DNA of 64,000 nt from contig CAYWBJ010000133.1 of assembly GCA_964456165.1 (NCBI GenBank), forward strand, positions 23,764 through 87,763, given 5' to 3'. Shown here one piece after another: positions 1 through 9,680 of this stretch. The notes under the pieces are model-generated. The model ran no database searches, was not told where the DNA came from, and was given only the letters and a program-made list of their open reading frames with translations. This stretch comes from an uncultured Gemmatimonadaceae bacterium. Lineage in GTDB: Bacteria; Latescibacterota; UBA2968; UBA8231. Each line of letters starts with the position of its first letter. Within the stretch, counting starts at the first letter, position 1. Position numbers and translations under genes: made by a program.

Positions 1-403
1 TGTGCGTCGCGAAATCCTGGTCGCCGCGCACACTCTTGATCAGCTCGTCCCGCTCTAGGGGGATCGGCACCGCATGCCAGACGCCGGAGTAGAAACAGAT
101 GCCGGTGCTACCATCGGAGTGGAAGGCGCGCAGTTCCTCGGGGGACGGCGGCGGCGCGCCAATCCGCCCGACCATGAACACGATCGGTCCGTGACGGCTC
201 GGGTAATAGGCCTGCCCGGCATCGGTGTGGTAGTTGAAGTACGAGCGCCGGTTGTCGCCGGCTTCGACAGTGAACTCCTTGCTCTTCAGCCCGCCCTTGA
301 CGACAACCGGTCTCGCCTCCTCGACGGAGGCGATAGCCTGGCCGTAGGGCGCAAACGATTCCTGGGTCAGGGGCTCCAGCTTCAGCTTCACGACTTTCGG
401 CAT
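1..403 (-). CDS. ureidoglycolate lyase (AllA)-like protein, 3' end outside window
   Basis: Not in the ORF track because it is open at the window edge. My translation of the minus strand from ATG 403-401 is stop-free to nt 2: MPKVVKLKLEPLTQESFAPYGQAI...LRAFHSDGSTGICFYSGVWHAVP. It resembles AllA-family N-terminal (L-x-PL-x-x-E-x-F-x-x-YG) and C-terminal (LRAF..G..G..Y...VWH) motifs. Confidence 0.7.
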   Translation of the reverse strand, partial: MPKVVKLKLEPLTQESFAPYGQAIASVEEARPVVVKGGLKSKEFTVEAGDNRRSYFNYHTDAGQAYYPSRHGPIVFMVGRIGAPPPSPEELRAFHSDGSTGICFYSGVWHAVPIPLERDELIKSVRGDQDFATH

Positions 404-441
404 GGCGGGCCTGCTCTTGCCAGCGCGCGGTTCGGCTGCGG

Positions 442-1338
442 TCACCAGGTGCGCTTTTTGAGGAAGTCCTGGATGGCGTGTTTCGGAACCGGGAGCTCGT
501 CGATGTGGTCCTCGAGCCAACCCGAGAAATCCTTCTCCACCTCGTCGGACCAGGGACCGTCGATCTGGCCGGGGAGGTAGACGCCGTCGGCGAGGCGTGA
601 CTTGCCGAAGATGTCGCGCAGGTCCACGATCTCGGCGGTGGTCACCATCTCCTCGGCCAGGTAGGGCGGGATGAAGACCACCGAGTCGTCCTTGGCCAGG
701 ACCACGTCTCCAGGCATCACCGTGCAACCCCCTATCCGCGTCGGCCCGTTCAGGCCGGTGAGCATGATCGTCGGGGACGCGTAGGAGGGATGAAAGCCGC
801 GGGCGAAACAGGCGAAGTCGTCCAGCTCGCGGATGCCGTCTATGTCGCGCACGGAACAGTCGTGCACGACGCCGTTGCCCGACCGGGCCTTGATCATAGC
901 CGCGAGATTGTCGCCGATGACCGCCCCCTGGTCAATCTTGCCGAAGACGTCGGCGACGTAGACGTCACCCTCGACCAGCATGTTGATCGGCCAGTGGATG
1001 TGATCGCCCTCGTGCCCTCCCTTCTCGCCCTGCTCGTCGAGCGCCCGCCGGCAGTCGGGCCGACGCGGCATGAAGGTGGCCGTCACGGCGCGGCCGCAGA
1101 GGATGTTGCCCGGCTGCGTGTTCATGAAGCCGCCCTCGAACTGGAAGTTGTACTCGGCGCCGCGGCAGGTGCCCCAGGCCTGCGTCAGCGTGACATTGCG
1201 CATCCGCTCGATGACGTCGTCCGGTACCTTCGGGCGGCCGTCGGGGAACCGCTCCCCCTCCCACTCTTTGGTGTATTCGATCAGCAGCTCCCTGGTAAAG
1301 CCGCCGATCGGCCCGCGCTCGTAGATTGACGTTGACAT
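442..1338 (-). CDS. RraA-family protein (HMG/CHA aldolase-like)
   Basis: 298-aa ORF. The segments GNGVVHDCSVRDIDGI and CTVMPGDVVLAKDDSVVFIP match the RraA-fold signature. There is a 38-nt gap to the downstream AllA-like gene. Confidence 0.8.
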   Translation of the reverse strand: MSTSIYERGPIGGFTRELLIEYTKEWEGERFPDGRPKVPDDVIERMRNVTLTQAWGTCRGAEYNFQFEGGFMNTQPGNILCGRAVTATFMPRRPDCRRALDEQGEKGGHEGDHIHWPINMLVEGDVYVADVFGKIDQGAVIGDNLAAMIKARSGNGVVHDCSVRDIDGIRELDDFACFARGFHPSYASPTIMLTGLNGPTRIGGCTVMPGDVVLAKDDSVVFIPPYLAEEMVTTAEIVDLRDIFGKSRLADGVYLPGQIDGPWSDEVEKDFSGWLEDHIDELPVPKHAIQDFLKKRTW

Positions 1339-1390
1339 CTCTTGCTCCCGTTATTGATGCGCCCGGCTCTGGACTCCTAGGCTCTATTAA

Positions 1391-2854
1391 ATGCGGGATT
1401 GCGTCATGAGGCAAAAACCCAATCTGGTCTTCATCATGCCCGATCAGTTGCGGGCCGATTTTCTCAGCTGTTACGGCGCCGGCTTCATCGACACCCCGCA
1501 CATCGACGGGCTCGCCCTCCAGGGCTTGCGTTACGAGCGCGCCTACTCGCCCTCCCCACTCTGCGTTCCGGCGCGCTGCACGTTGCTGACCGGTCGCAAC
1601 GCGGTGGCCAACGGCGTGCTGACCAACGAGCGGTTTCTCCGCCCCGACCTGGCCGGTGGCGGCATCCACACCTGGCCCGAGCTGCTGGCCGGGGCCGGCT
1701 ACGCCACCGCCGCCATCGGCAAGATGCACTTCTATCCCTGGGAGCTGTCGATGGGCTTCGAGCACCGCGTCATCTGCGAAGACAAGCGCTGGCTGGATGT
1801 CGACGACGACTACCAGCGCCACCTGCAGGAGCATGGCTACCGCAAGATGCACGGCAACGAGCACGAGGGTTACCAGGAGAATCGCGGCGCCTTCGTGCAC
1901 CAGGTTCCGCTGGAGCATTCCTGGGACCGCTTCGTCGGCGACGAGGCCTGCCGTTACATCCGCGAGCAGGACGGCGACGAGCCCTTCGCCATGATGGTCG
2001 GCTTCCCCGGGCCCCACTGTCCGTACGACCCCTCGCCAGAGTACCTCGACCTGTTCGACGAGAACGAGATGCCGCCTTCGATCCCCGATGCCGGGCTGAC
2101 GCCGCAGCTGCTCGAAGACCGCGTCGCCTCCAACAAGGGGGCCTGGAACGGCGTCGACTACACCGAGTTCGACGAGACCCATAAGCGCCGGATCCGCACC
2201 CACTACGCCGCTCTGGTAAAGCAGATAGACGACGAGGTCGGCGCCATCCTCCAGGCCCTGCGCAGCACCGGCCGCTGGGAAGAGACGGTGGTGATCTTCT
2301 GCAGCGACCACGGCGACCACCTCGGCGACCACGGCCTGATCGGCAAAGGCGATTTCTACGAAGCCAGCATCAAGGTGCCCCTGCTCGTACGGCTGCCATG
2401 GTCCCACGACGCCACCACGGTCGAGGGGTTCGCCAGCATCGGCGACATCACCGCCACCCTGCTGGCGCTGGCCGGCTGCCCGCTCCCCTCCTACATGGAT
2501 TCGCAACCGTTGCCCGGCCTCGGGCTTCCCGGCGCCCCGCCCCGCGAGCGCATCTTCGGCTTCCTCGCCAGCGGCTGCATGAACTTCGACGGCACCTGGA
2601 AGCTCGTCCGCTACGCTAACGGCGAGGAGTTGCTCTTCAACCTCGACGAAGACCCGACTGAACAGACCAACCGCCTCGCCGATCCGGCCTGTTCCGACAC
2701 TCTTCGCCGCCTCGACGCCGAGCTGACTCGAGAGTGGATGCGCTCCGTCGACGCCGCCAACACCGACAAGATCGTCGCCCACCACCCTCTCTACAACGAC
2801 AAGGAATACGGGAAAAAAGGCTGGCAACGCCCCTATCCCCAAACTTTCCCCTAG
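1391..2854 (+). CDS. sulfatase (Cys-type, formylglycine-dependent)
   Basis: PNLVFIMPDQLRAD N-terminus and the C-x-P-x-R signature in SPLCVPARCTLLTGR. An alternative start is ATG 1406. Confidence 0.9.
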   Translation: MRDCVMRQKPNLVFIMPDQLRADFLSCYGAGFIDTPHIDGLALQGLRYERAYSPSPLCVPARCTLLTGRNAVANGVLTNERFLRPDLAGGGIHTWPELLAGAGYATAAIGKMHFYPWELSMGFEHRVICEDKRWLDVDDDYQRHLQEHGYRKMHGNEHEGYQENRGAFVHQVPLEHSWDRFVGDEACRYIREQDGDEPFAMMVGFPGPHCPYDPSPEYLDLFDENEMPPSIPDAGLTPQLLEDRVASNKGAWNGVDYTEFDETHKRRIRTHYAALVKQIDDEVGAILQALRSTGRWEETVVIFCSDHGDHLGDHGLIGKGDFYEASIKVPLLVRLPWSHDATTVEGFASIGDITATLLALAGCPLPSYMDSQPLPGLGLPGAPPRERIFGFLASGCMNFDGTWKLVRYANGEELLFNLDEDPTEQTNRLADPACSDTLRRLDAELTREWMRSVDAANTDKIVAHHPLYNDKEYGKKGWQRPYPQTFP

Positions 2855-2964
2855 TCTCCCGCGAATGACCTTGTTTGTCTCTCTGCTCTGTTACTCGGCG
2901 GGTCCATAGCCAGTCAATTCCCGCCCAAGGTCGGGGACTGACACCCAGCATTCAGGACGACGAC

Positions 2965-4443
2965 ATGCGAATCGCCATCGCCTCCTACGGCCAGGAAACC
3001 AGCAGCTTCAGCCAGGTGCCCACCACCCTCGACACCTTCGCCATGTACGGCCACTATCGCGGCGACGAGATTTTCGCCAGGATGCGGGAGGTGGGCGCCC
3101 TCGGTGGCTTCCTCCAGGCGATGGAGGAAACCGCTGAAGACTGGACCCTCCTGCCCATCATTCACGGCTGGGCCGGCGCCAGCGGCGCGCTGACCCGTGA
3201 GACGCTGACCTACTTCGAGGCGGCGATCCTGGAAGGACTGCGCCGGCTCCTGCCGGTCGACGCCTTCTACTTCGCTCTCCACGGCGCCGCGGTCGCCGAC
3301 GGCGTCCCCGATACCGAGGGCCACCTGCTCGCCCTGGTTCGCAGCATCCTGCCGGCCGGCGTGCCGATCGTGATCTCCCTCGACCACCATGCCAACGTCA
3401 CCCAGCGGATGATCGACATGGTCGACGGCCTGGTCGGCCACCGCACCCAGCCCCATGACCAGGTCGAGACCGGCCTGCTCGCCGGCCGCCTGCTGCGCTC
3501 CATCCTCCGCGGCCAGACCAATCCGACGATAGCCTGGCACAAGATTCCGCTGATCACCCACCAGGAGCAGTTCCTCACCAGCCGCGGCCCGATGCAGGCC
3601 TGGTTCGACCTCGCCCGCCGAATCGAGCAGCGTCCCGAGGTCCTGTCGGCCTCCAATTTCCCCATGCAGCCCTGGATGGATGTTCCCGAGGCCGGATGGG
3701 CGACGGTGGTCGTGACCGACGGCGACACCGCGCTGGCGGAACGTCTTGCCGCCGAGCTGGCCGATGCGGCCTGGTCCCAGCGGGAGGAGTTCTGCCGGCT
3801 CGAGAGCATCCCGGCGGCGGACGCGGTGCACCGGGCGGCGGCGGCCGAATGGGGCCTGGTCATTCTGTCCGACACCGGCGACAGCACCTTCGGCGGGGCC
3901 ACCGGTGACAGCGTCGTGATTCTGCGGGAGATGATCGCTCAGGATATCCAGGCCACCGCCCTGGTGCCCGTGGTCGATGCCAAGGTCGTCGAGATCGCCG
4001 CCGCGGCTGGCGCGGGCGCCACCATCGAGACGCCGCTGGGCGGCAAACTGGACCCGGTCTTCGGTAAGCCGGTAGAGGTCAGCGCCCGCGTCGCCGCCAT
4101 CGGCGGCGGCCGCTACGAGGTCGACATGCTCGGCTGGGAATCGTTCGATGTCGGCCGCGCCGCCCTGCTGGAGATCGGGGCCGTGAAGGTGGTGGTAACC
4201 GAGAAAGTCGGGGTCGGCGGCAACCATCCGATCGTCTACGAGAGCTTCGGCATCGAGGTCAGCGCCGCACGCATGGTAGTGGTCAAGACCGCTAGCAACT
4301 GGCAGTTCTACGATGCCTGGCTCTCAGAGGTAGTGCGCGTCGACACTCCGGGAGCAACCACGTCCCACCTCGAGCAGCTGCCCTGGCAGTACCTGCCGCG
4401 ACCCATCTACCCGCTTGACTCCTTGCCCGACTGGAAGGCGTAG
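2965..4443 (+). CDS. M81 family metallopeptidase (MlrC-like)
   Basis: MRIAIASYGQETSSF N-terminus and SLDHHANVT motif are typical of MlrC/DUF1485 proteins. The start was moved from 2875 to the internal ATG 2965 where similarity begins. Confidence 0.8.
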   Translation: MRIAIASYGQETSSFSQVPTTLDTFAMYGHYRGDEIFARMREVGALGGFLQAMEETAEDWTLLPIIHGWAGASGALTRETLTYFEAAILEGLRRLLPVDAFYFALHGAAVADGVPDTEGHLLALVRSILPAGVPIVISLDHHANVTQRMIDMVDGLVGHRTQPHDQVETGLLAGRLLRSILRGQTNPTIAWHKIPLITHQEQFLTSRGPMQAWFDLARRIEQRPEVLSASNFPMQPWMDVPEAGWATVVVTDGDTALAERLAAELADAAWSQREEFCRLESIPAADAVHRAAAAEWGLVILSDTGDSTFGGATGDSVVILREMIAQDIQATALVPVVDAKVVEIAAAAGAGATIETPLGGKLDPVFGKPVEVSARVAAIGGGRYEVDMLGWESFDVGRAALLEIGAVKVVVTEKVGVGGNHPIVYESFGIEVSAARMVVVKTASNWQFYDAWLSEVVRVDTPGATTSHLEQLPWQYLPRPIYPLDSLPDWKA

Positions 4444-4455
4444 CTCCCAACACCT

Positions 4456-4480
4456 CCGTCCGGACTCCATCGGCGGACGG
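4456..4480. terminator. candidate bidirectional hairpin between convergent genes
   Basis: ccgtccg (4456-4462) pairs with cggacgg (4474-4480) to give a 7-bp GC-rich stem with an 11-nt loop. It sits in the 47-nt spacer between convergent stops at 4443 and 4491. There is no U-tract. Confidence 0.3.
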
Positions 4481-4490
4481 TGTCGATCCT

Positions 4491-6635
4491 TCAGTAGCTG
4501 ACCGCCACCGTCTGCGCTGCGGCGCTGCGGCCGCGGGCGGTCTCAGTCTCCACCAGGCACAGGTAGAGCCCCGGCAGCACCGGAGACCCGCTGTTGTCGC
4601 GACCGTCCCATACGGCCCTCCTGCCGACGCCCGACGGCAGGCCAGACAATTCAATTCGCCGCACTGGTCGACCGGCCAGATCGTAGAAGCAGACCCCAAC
4701 GTCGGCCGCCAAGACGCCGAACAGAGCGAACCCGATCCGGGCCTCGTCGTTCACGCCGTCGCCGTTGGGGGTAATGATGCGCGACTCAATCGACAGCTCC
4801 GCGATCGCCTCGTCCGGCTCGTCGGCGGCCACCAGCAGCAGCCGGTCGGTGGCGATAGCGTCCAAGGCGTTGCCGGCCTCGACCCGCTGGCGGACGTGGG
4901 CGTCGCGCCGGTTGAACACCTCCCCTTCGAGCAGCCGCGACACAGCGTAAAGCCGGGTGCGCAGCTCGATCTGCAGCGTCTCGTCGGCGGCGATCGCAGC
5001 CGGCAGGAACAGGGTGAGTCCATCCGCCCCCTGCTCGACCAGATCCGGTTCCACAGTCACGGGCGGCGCACCGAGCCGCAGGCTGATGAACTCGGCGCTC
5101 GACGGCGTGCTGATGTGGATGGCGTCGAAACCGGCGGCGGCGGCGGCGAAGCCGGCCCTGATCGCGTAGACCAGCTCGACCGGCTCCGCCAGCGGCACCT
5201 GAGCCAGGAGTGACTCCCCGGTGTCGCCGACCAGAGCCACCTCGCCCACCAGCTCCGTGGCCAGCAGCGGCAGCAGTTCGATGCGCAGGGAGTCCAGCCT
5301 TACCATCCGGCGTGGGTCCTTGGTGGCGGCCTGGACCAGGACCTGCAGGTAACGCCCCACGGAAAGGTCCGGGCGCGTCCCGGTTTCGCTGATCTGGCCC
5401 GACCAGGGCGTCCAGTTGTCCAGGTCGGTGACCACCGGCCCGCGCCAGCCGATGTACCGGGGCTGCTCCCTCGTCTCCCGCAGCCGCAGCGACTCCCAGG
5501 TGGCCGAATCGACTTCCTGCAGATCGCCGGCATCGCCGTAGGTGAAGAACTGCCGCGGGTCCGGCGTCGAACCAGTCTTCAGCCTGACCCGCACCACGGC
5601 CTCTGCCTCCCCCGGATCGATCTGGACCAGCGCGCCGGTTTCCCAGCGCCGACTCCCGTCCCCGTCCTCCGTCCAGCCGGCGCCATCGCGCCGCCACCCG
5701 CTCACCCCTAGCTCGACCCCACCAATCAGTACCGCTTCTCCGAGGTCGACGGCAGCGGTCTGCAGACGGGACTCGGCGGCAAAGCCGTTGCCGAACAGCT
5801 CGAACTCGGCGTAGGCCAGCTTGGCGTTGGCCACCCGTTGCCCCGCCGCATCCGGAAAGGTCCGCCAGCGGACGTAACGCAGCCGTTGGGTGGCGAAGGC
5901 GATGTCGATCGGTGCCTCGAGATTTTCCTGGACGGCTCCCAGGACCTGGTCTAGGGGCGGGTAGGTGACACCCGACCGGAACGTGCTGAACTCGGTCGTG
6001 GACTTCGAGGCGTCGGTGAACTCGTCGTGTAGCTGCTCGCCGAACTCGCTGCCGGACAACTCGCCGTGCACGGGAACGTAGTTCTCCCACGGCTCGCCGA
6101 AGTTGTCCACCAGGTGTGCCGGCGGCAGGGTCAGGACGAAACGCTCCAGGGGCAGACGCCCGCCCAGGTCGAAGGTATAGAACTCCGACGTGGAGTAGTT
6201 GTTCAGGTAGTTGGTGACCGAGACTAACGTGGTGCGGTCGCCGTCGACGTAGAGCGGACTAGCCGGCAGCGATGAGGCGCGGTTGCCGATCACGCCGAAG
6301 CCGCGCCAGAGCCGGGGCATGCCGTCGAGCCAGAGCGGGTTGGCCGTGTTCACCCGCCGCTCGAACGGATATCGATCGAACAGTTCCGGAACAAAATTCA
6401 CATCCGGGCGCAACTCCAGGGGTTGCAGGGCGCCCGGAGAAGCCGTCTCGCCCATCAGCGCGTTGAGAACAGCGCCGTCGCCCCAGGAAAGGCCGGCAGC
6501 CCCGCCGAACGTCAGGTGGCGGATGTCACCCTGCTCCTGCTGTCCCGTGGCTGGCAGGATGAAGGCGAGGGCGAGGGCCAGTAGCCGCACCGCGTACCAG
6601 CCTGCTCCGTAGCGCTGTAGCGCGGTTCGAAGCAT
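4491..6635 (-). CDS. secreted protein with discoidin-like region and FlgD-Ig-like C-terminal domain
   Basis: Start set at ATG 6635, giving the signal peptide MLRTALQRYGAGWYAVRLLALALAFILPATGQ. Mid-protein YVRWRTF...AYAEFELFG resembles an F5/8 type C domain. The C-terminus ITPNGDGVNDEARIGF...FYDLAGRPVRRI...WDGRDNSG...PGLY matches the FlgD Ig-like / T9SS-type CTD pattern. Confidence 0.75.
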   Translation of the reverse strand: MLRTALQRYGAGWYAVRLLALALAFILPATGQQEQGDIRHLTFGGAAGLSWGDGAVLNALMGETASPGALQPLELRPDVNFVPELFDRYPFERRVNTANPLWLDGMPRLWRGFGVIGNRASSLPASPLYVDGDRTTLVSVTNYLNNYSTSEFYTFDLGGRLPLERFVLTLPPAHLVDNFGEPWENYVPVHGELSGSEFGEQLHDEFTDASKSTTEFSTFRSGVTYPPLDQVLGAVQENLEAPIDIAFATQRLRYVRWRTFPDAAGQRVANAKLAYAEFELFGNGFAAESRLQTAAVDLGEAVLIGGVELGVSGWRRDGAGWTEDGDGSRRWETGALVQIDPGEAEAVVRVRLKTGSTPDPRQFFTYGDAGDLQEVDSATWESLRLRETREQPRYIGWRGPVVTDLDNWTPWSGQISETGTRPDLSVGRYLQVLVQAATKDPRRMVRLDSLRIELLPLLATELVGEVALVGDTGESLLAQVPLAEPVELVYAIRAGFAAAAAGFDAIHISTPSSAEFISLRLGAPPVTVEPDLVEQGADGLTLFLPAAIAADETLQIELRTRLYAVSRLLEGEVFNRRDAHVRQRVEAGNALDAIATDRLLLVAADEPDEAIAELSIESRIITPNGDGVNDEARIGFALFGVLAADVGVCFYDLAGRPVRRIELSGLPSGVGRRAVWDGRDNSGSPVLPGLYLCLVETETARGRSAAAQTVAVSY

Positions 6636-6774
6636 GGTTCGCAAGGTATCCGCACAGCTGGCCAGGTGCAAGCACCTGCCGCGTGGCGAGACCGATCGTC
6701 CTGTGCTACCTTTCCCAGCCGGCGGAAGCCGGTTCGGTGCCGCCGTCAATCCCCAATTCCCGGAGCATGATCGA

Positions 6775-7755
6775 ATGTACATCGGAACTCAGACCGCCTG
6801 CCGCAATGAGACCGACATCCAGCTGCTTGCCCAACTCGGCGTGCGCAACGTCGACCAGACGCCGCAGGAGCCCTGGGAGGAATGGACGACGGAGCTGCTC
6901 GTGGAGCTGCGCGAGCGCTTCGACAAGCATGGCATCAACCTCGAGATGATCCACATCCCGCTCGGCTCCCAGAGTGCGTTCAAGAACGGCGCCGGTTCCA
7001 TCTTCCTGCCCCCGAGCGATGAGCGGGAGCGCCAGCTCGATCGCATGTGCGAGACGGTGCGGATGGCGGGAGAAGCCGGTCTCCGGGGACTCAACTACAA
7101 CATCACCATCCTCGGCCATCTGCGCACCGAAAACCGCTACGGCCGCGGTGGCGCCAGACTCTCCTCCTTCGAGTACGACAAGCTGGACCAGAGCCTGCCC
7201 GAGTTCGAGGGCGGCCCCGCCGACGAAGACGAAATGTGGGAGCGAATCCAGTACTGGCTCGACCGCATCATTCCGGTTGCCGAGGAGCACAAGGTGCAGA
7301 TGGCCTGCCACCCCTCCGATCCAGGCATCGGCGTCGGCAACACCTATCGCGGCGTCGCCCGCGTCATGGGGATGGTGGAGGGGCTCAAGAAGCTGACCGA
7401 GATCTACGACAGCCCGTACAACGGCCTCAACTTCTGCCTCGGCTGCGTGTCAGAGGCCCTCGAGAATCCGGCGGCGGAGGTCTACAACGTCATCCGCTGG
7501 TTCGGCGAGCGCAAGAAAATATTCAACCTCCACTTCCGCAACATCAAGGGGGGTCTCGGCAACTTCGTCGAGGTCTTACCCGACGAAGGGGACGTGAACA
7601 TGCTCAAGGCCCTGCGCACCTTCAAGGAAGTGGGCTACGAGTACATGATCATGCCCGACCATGTTCCCGGGCTGGTCGGTGAGAACGGCGGCCAGGTCGG
7701 CTTCGCCTACACTTACGGCTACATCCACGCGCTGCTGCAGGCGGTCGACGAATAG
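6775..7755 (+). CDS. uxuA: mannonate dehydratase (UxuA) family protein
   Basis: FNLHFRNIKGGLGNFVEVLPDEGDVNMLKALRTFKEVGYEYMIMPDHVP resembles the UxuA C-terminal signature (HFRN/HLRS...F.E...EGDV.M...PDH). Start set at ATG 6775 (MYIGTQ). Confidence 0.7.
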   Translation: MYIGTQTACRNETDIQLLAQLGVRNVDQTPQEPWEEWTTELLVELRERFDKHGINLEMIHIPLGSQSAFKNGAGSIFLPPSDERERQLDRMCETVRMAGEAGLRGLNYNITILGHLRTENRYGRGGARLSSFEYDKLDQSLPEFEGGPADEDEMWERIQYWLDRIIPVAEEHKVQMACHPSDPGIGVGNTYRGVARVMGMVEGLKKLTEIYDSPYNGLNFCLGCVSEALENPAAEVYNVIRWFGERKKIFNLHFRNIKGGLGNFVEVLPDEGDVNMLKALRTFKEVGYEYMIMPDHVPGLVGENGGQVGFAYTYGYIHALLQAVDE

Positions 7756-7758
7756 CCG

Positions 7759-9459
7759 ATGGCGAACGCACGACCGGGCCAGGGCCTGATCGCCCACTGG
7801 CCTTTCGCGGACGATTGCGAGGAGCAGGTCGGCGGCCTGGTGACGCGCAATCGCGGCGTGGAGCTGAGTGGGAGCGGCCCTCGCGGCGAATCCGGTGCCG
7901 CCGTTTTCAGCGGCGACGGCGCGTTCCTGGAGGCAGAGGACCACCCTGCCCTGCACGTGGGCTCGGGTGAGTTCACGGTCGCCGCCTGGGTTCGGGCCGC
8001 GGCCGACAACGGCGACGTTGTCGGCGACCTGGTCAGCAAGTTCGACCCCGACACCCGTCGGGGACTGCAGCTGTCCATAGTCACCAACAGCGGCGTCACC
8101 TCCACCGCCCAGTCGAACTACCGCAATCTCCACTTCGGTATCGATGCCGGCATGGATCCGGAGTGGACCGATCGTGGCCGCCCGGGCAATGCCGTGTTCG
8201 TCACCGCCCTGACGGTCGCGCAGGGGAAACTCTACGCCGGTACGCTCGAGACCGGCGCCGACGAGATGGGGCGTCTGTGGCGCTACGGCGATGACGGCAC
8301 CTGGCTGGATCTCGGCAACCCGGTCGGCTGCAACGTCGTCCACACGGTGGCCGAATTCGACGGCGGCCTCTACGCCGGGTTCGGGCGCTACATCGGCCAG
8401 TCCTCGGACTTGGATGAAACGCGCAACACCACGCCCGGCGGCCAGGTGTACGGACTCGAGCCGGATGGTCGATGGGTGTACTGCGGCCACCCCGGTGCCG
8501 AGGATGCGACACCCGAAGAGGCACCAACCGCCGGCTTCGCCAACCACGTGCACGCGAAGACACCCGACGAAGTCGCATCGACCGGCTTTAGCACGGGCAA
8601 GGCGGACGACGTCCTCGCTCTGACCACCTACCAGGGCCGGCTTTACTGCACGAGCAACCACCGCCGGGGCGCCTTCGTCTACCAGGGCGGAGAAGACTGG
8701 CGCTACATCGGTCCGGACCACCGGCTTCTCAGCTTCACTGTCTATCGCGGCCGGCTGTACACCCTGGTCAACGGCGGCATGGTCTACCGCTACGAAGGTG
8801 GCGCGGAGTGGAGCTACTGCGGCCGTCCGGAGGGATCGATCCAGACCTACTCGGCGGCGACCCACGCCGGCCGGCTCTACGTTGGCACCTGGCCCGAAGG
8901 ACAGGTCCATCGCTACGAAGGTGGGGAAGCCTGGGTTGGGGTGGGCAGCGAGGGCCGGGTGGGCTTCGAGCGCGAGATCATGGGCATGGCACTCTACAAC
9001 GGCAAGGTCTACCTCGGCTCGCTTCCCATGGCCAACGTCTGGCGCATGGACGGCGACCAGTTCACCTTCGTGGGCAACCTGGACACCACACCCACCACCC
9101 TTCGCCGCGTCTGGAGCATGGCCGTCTATCGGGGCGAGCTGTTTGCCGGGACACTGCCTTCGGGGCGCGTCTACTCGGCCGCAGCTGGCCAGCTGGCCAG
9201 CTGGGATCAGGCTTTCCCCGACGGCTGGCACCAGGTGACCGCCGTCCGCGACAGAACCGGGCTGCGGCTTTATGTCGACGGAAAGCAGGTAGCGACCTCA
9301 CCCCCTCCGGGGACGCGCGCCTTCGACTTGTCCAACGACTCCCCGCTGCGGATCGGATTCGGCCCCCACGACTGCTTCCGCGGCCGGATCAGCGACCTTC
9401 GCCTGTACGGGCGGAGCCTGGATACCCCTGAGATCGAGCGTCTCGCCACAAACGGCTAG
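7759..9459 (+). CDS. LamG-domain protein with inserted 7-bladed beta-propeller
   Basis: The N-terminus (LIAHWPFADD...GEFTVAAWVR) and C-terminus (WHQVTAVRDRTGLRLYVDGKQV...FRGRISDLRLYGRSL) are halves of a LamG/laminin-G jelly-roll. Between them are seven G-x-L-Y/F-x-G/T repeats (KLYAGT, GLYAGF, RLYCTS, RLYTLV, RLYVGT, KVYLGS, ELFAGT). It starts 3 nt after the uxuA-like stop and has no signal peptide. Confidence 0.75.
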   Translation: MANARPGQGLIAHWPFADDCEEQVGGLVTRNRGVELSGSGPRGESGAAVFSGDGAFLEAEDHPALHVGSGEFTVAAWVRAAADNGDVVGDLVSKFDPDTRRGLQLSIVTNSGVTSTAQSNYRNLHFGIDAGMDPEWTDRGRPGNAVFVTALTVAQGKLYAGTLETGADEMGRLWRYGDDGTWLDLGNPVGCNVVHTVAEFDGGLYAGFGRYIGQSSDLDETRNTTPGGQVYGLEPDGRWVYCGHPGAEDATPEEAPTAGFANHVHAKTPDEVASTGFSTGKADDVLALTTYQGRLYCTSNHRRGAFVYQGGEDWRYIGPDHRLLSFTVYRGRLYTLVNGGMVYRYEGGAEWSYCGRPEGSIQTYSAATHAGRLYVGTWPEGQVHRYEGGEAWVGVGSEGRVGFEREIMGMALYNGKVYLGSLPMANVWRMDGDQFTFVGNLDTTPTTLRRVWSMAVYRGELFAGTLPSGRVYSAAAGQLASWDQAFPDGWHQVTAVRDRTGLRLYVDGKQVATSPPPGTRAFDLSNDSPLRIGFGPHDCFRGRISDLRLYGRSLDTPEIERLATNG

Positions 9460-9680
9460 TGTCGCCTCGCCACCCAGGGGGACGGTCGGGTGAGGATCAC
9501 GTACTGTCCCAGCGCCGGCACCACCGCCACGTACAGGCTGATGCGCCGGCCCGGCGGCAACGGCACTGCGAGGCCCTCTGGCTGCGACCGCGACGGCCGA
9601 CCGGGTCTCTCGCTCCCGGTACCAGGTAAAACTCCTCACGAGCCCGGCGATCTCCTCCTGTACCTCCTCGGCAGGCGCGA

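Noticed and set aside
965-2842. 625-aa ORF antisense to the sulfatase gene
   Set aside because: Its composition (runs of G, A, V, R, D, H) has no motif. It lies fully opposite an ORF with unmistakable sulfatase signatures, which is a typical high-GC antisense artefact.
7576-9231. 551-aa ORF antisense to the LamG/propeller gene; similarly 33524-35029 (501 aa) antisense to the GH42-like gene and 28498-29613 antisense to PhyH
   Set aside because: This is the same antisense artefact pattern. The sense strands carry clear family motifs and operon-consistent spacing.
9460-9680. 221-nt convergent spacer with a membrane-like peptide reading (ISLYVAVVPALGQYVIL) on the minus strand
   Set aside because: It has no start codon, an in-frame TGA lies just upstream, it is under 60 codons, and it is not gene-like.
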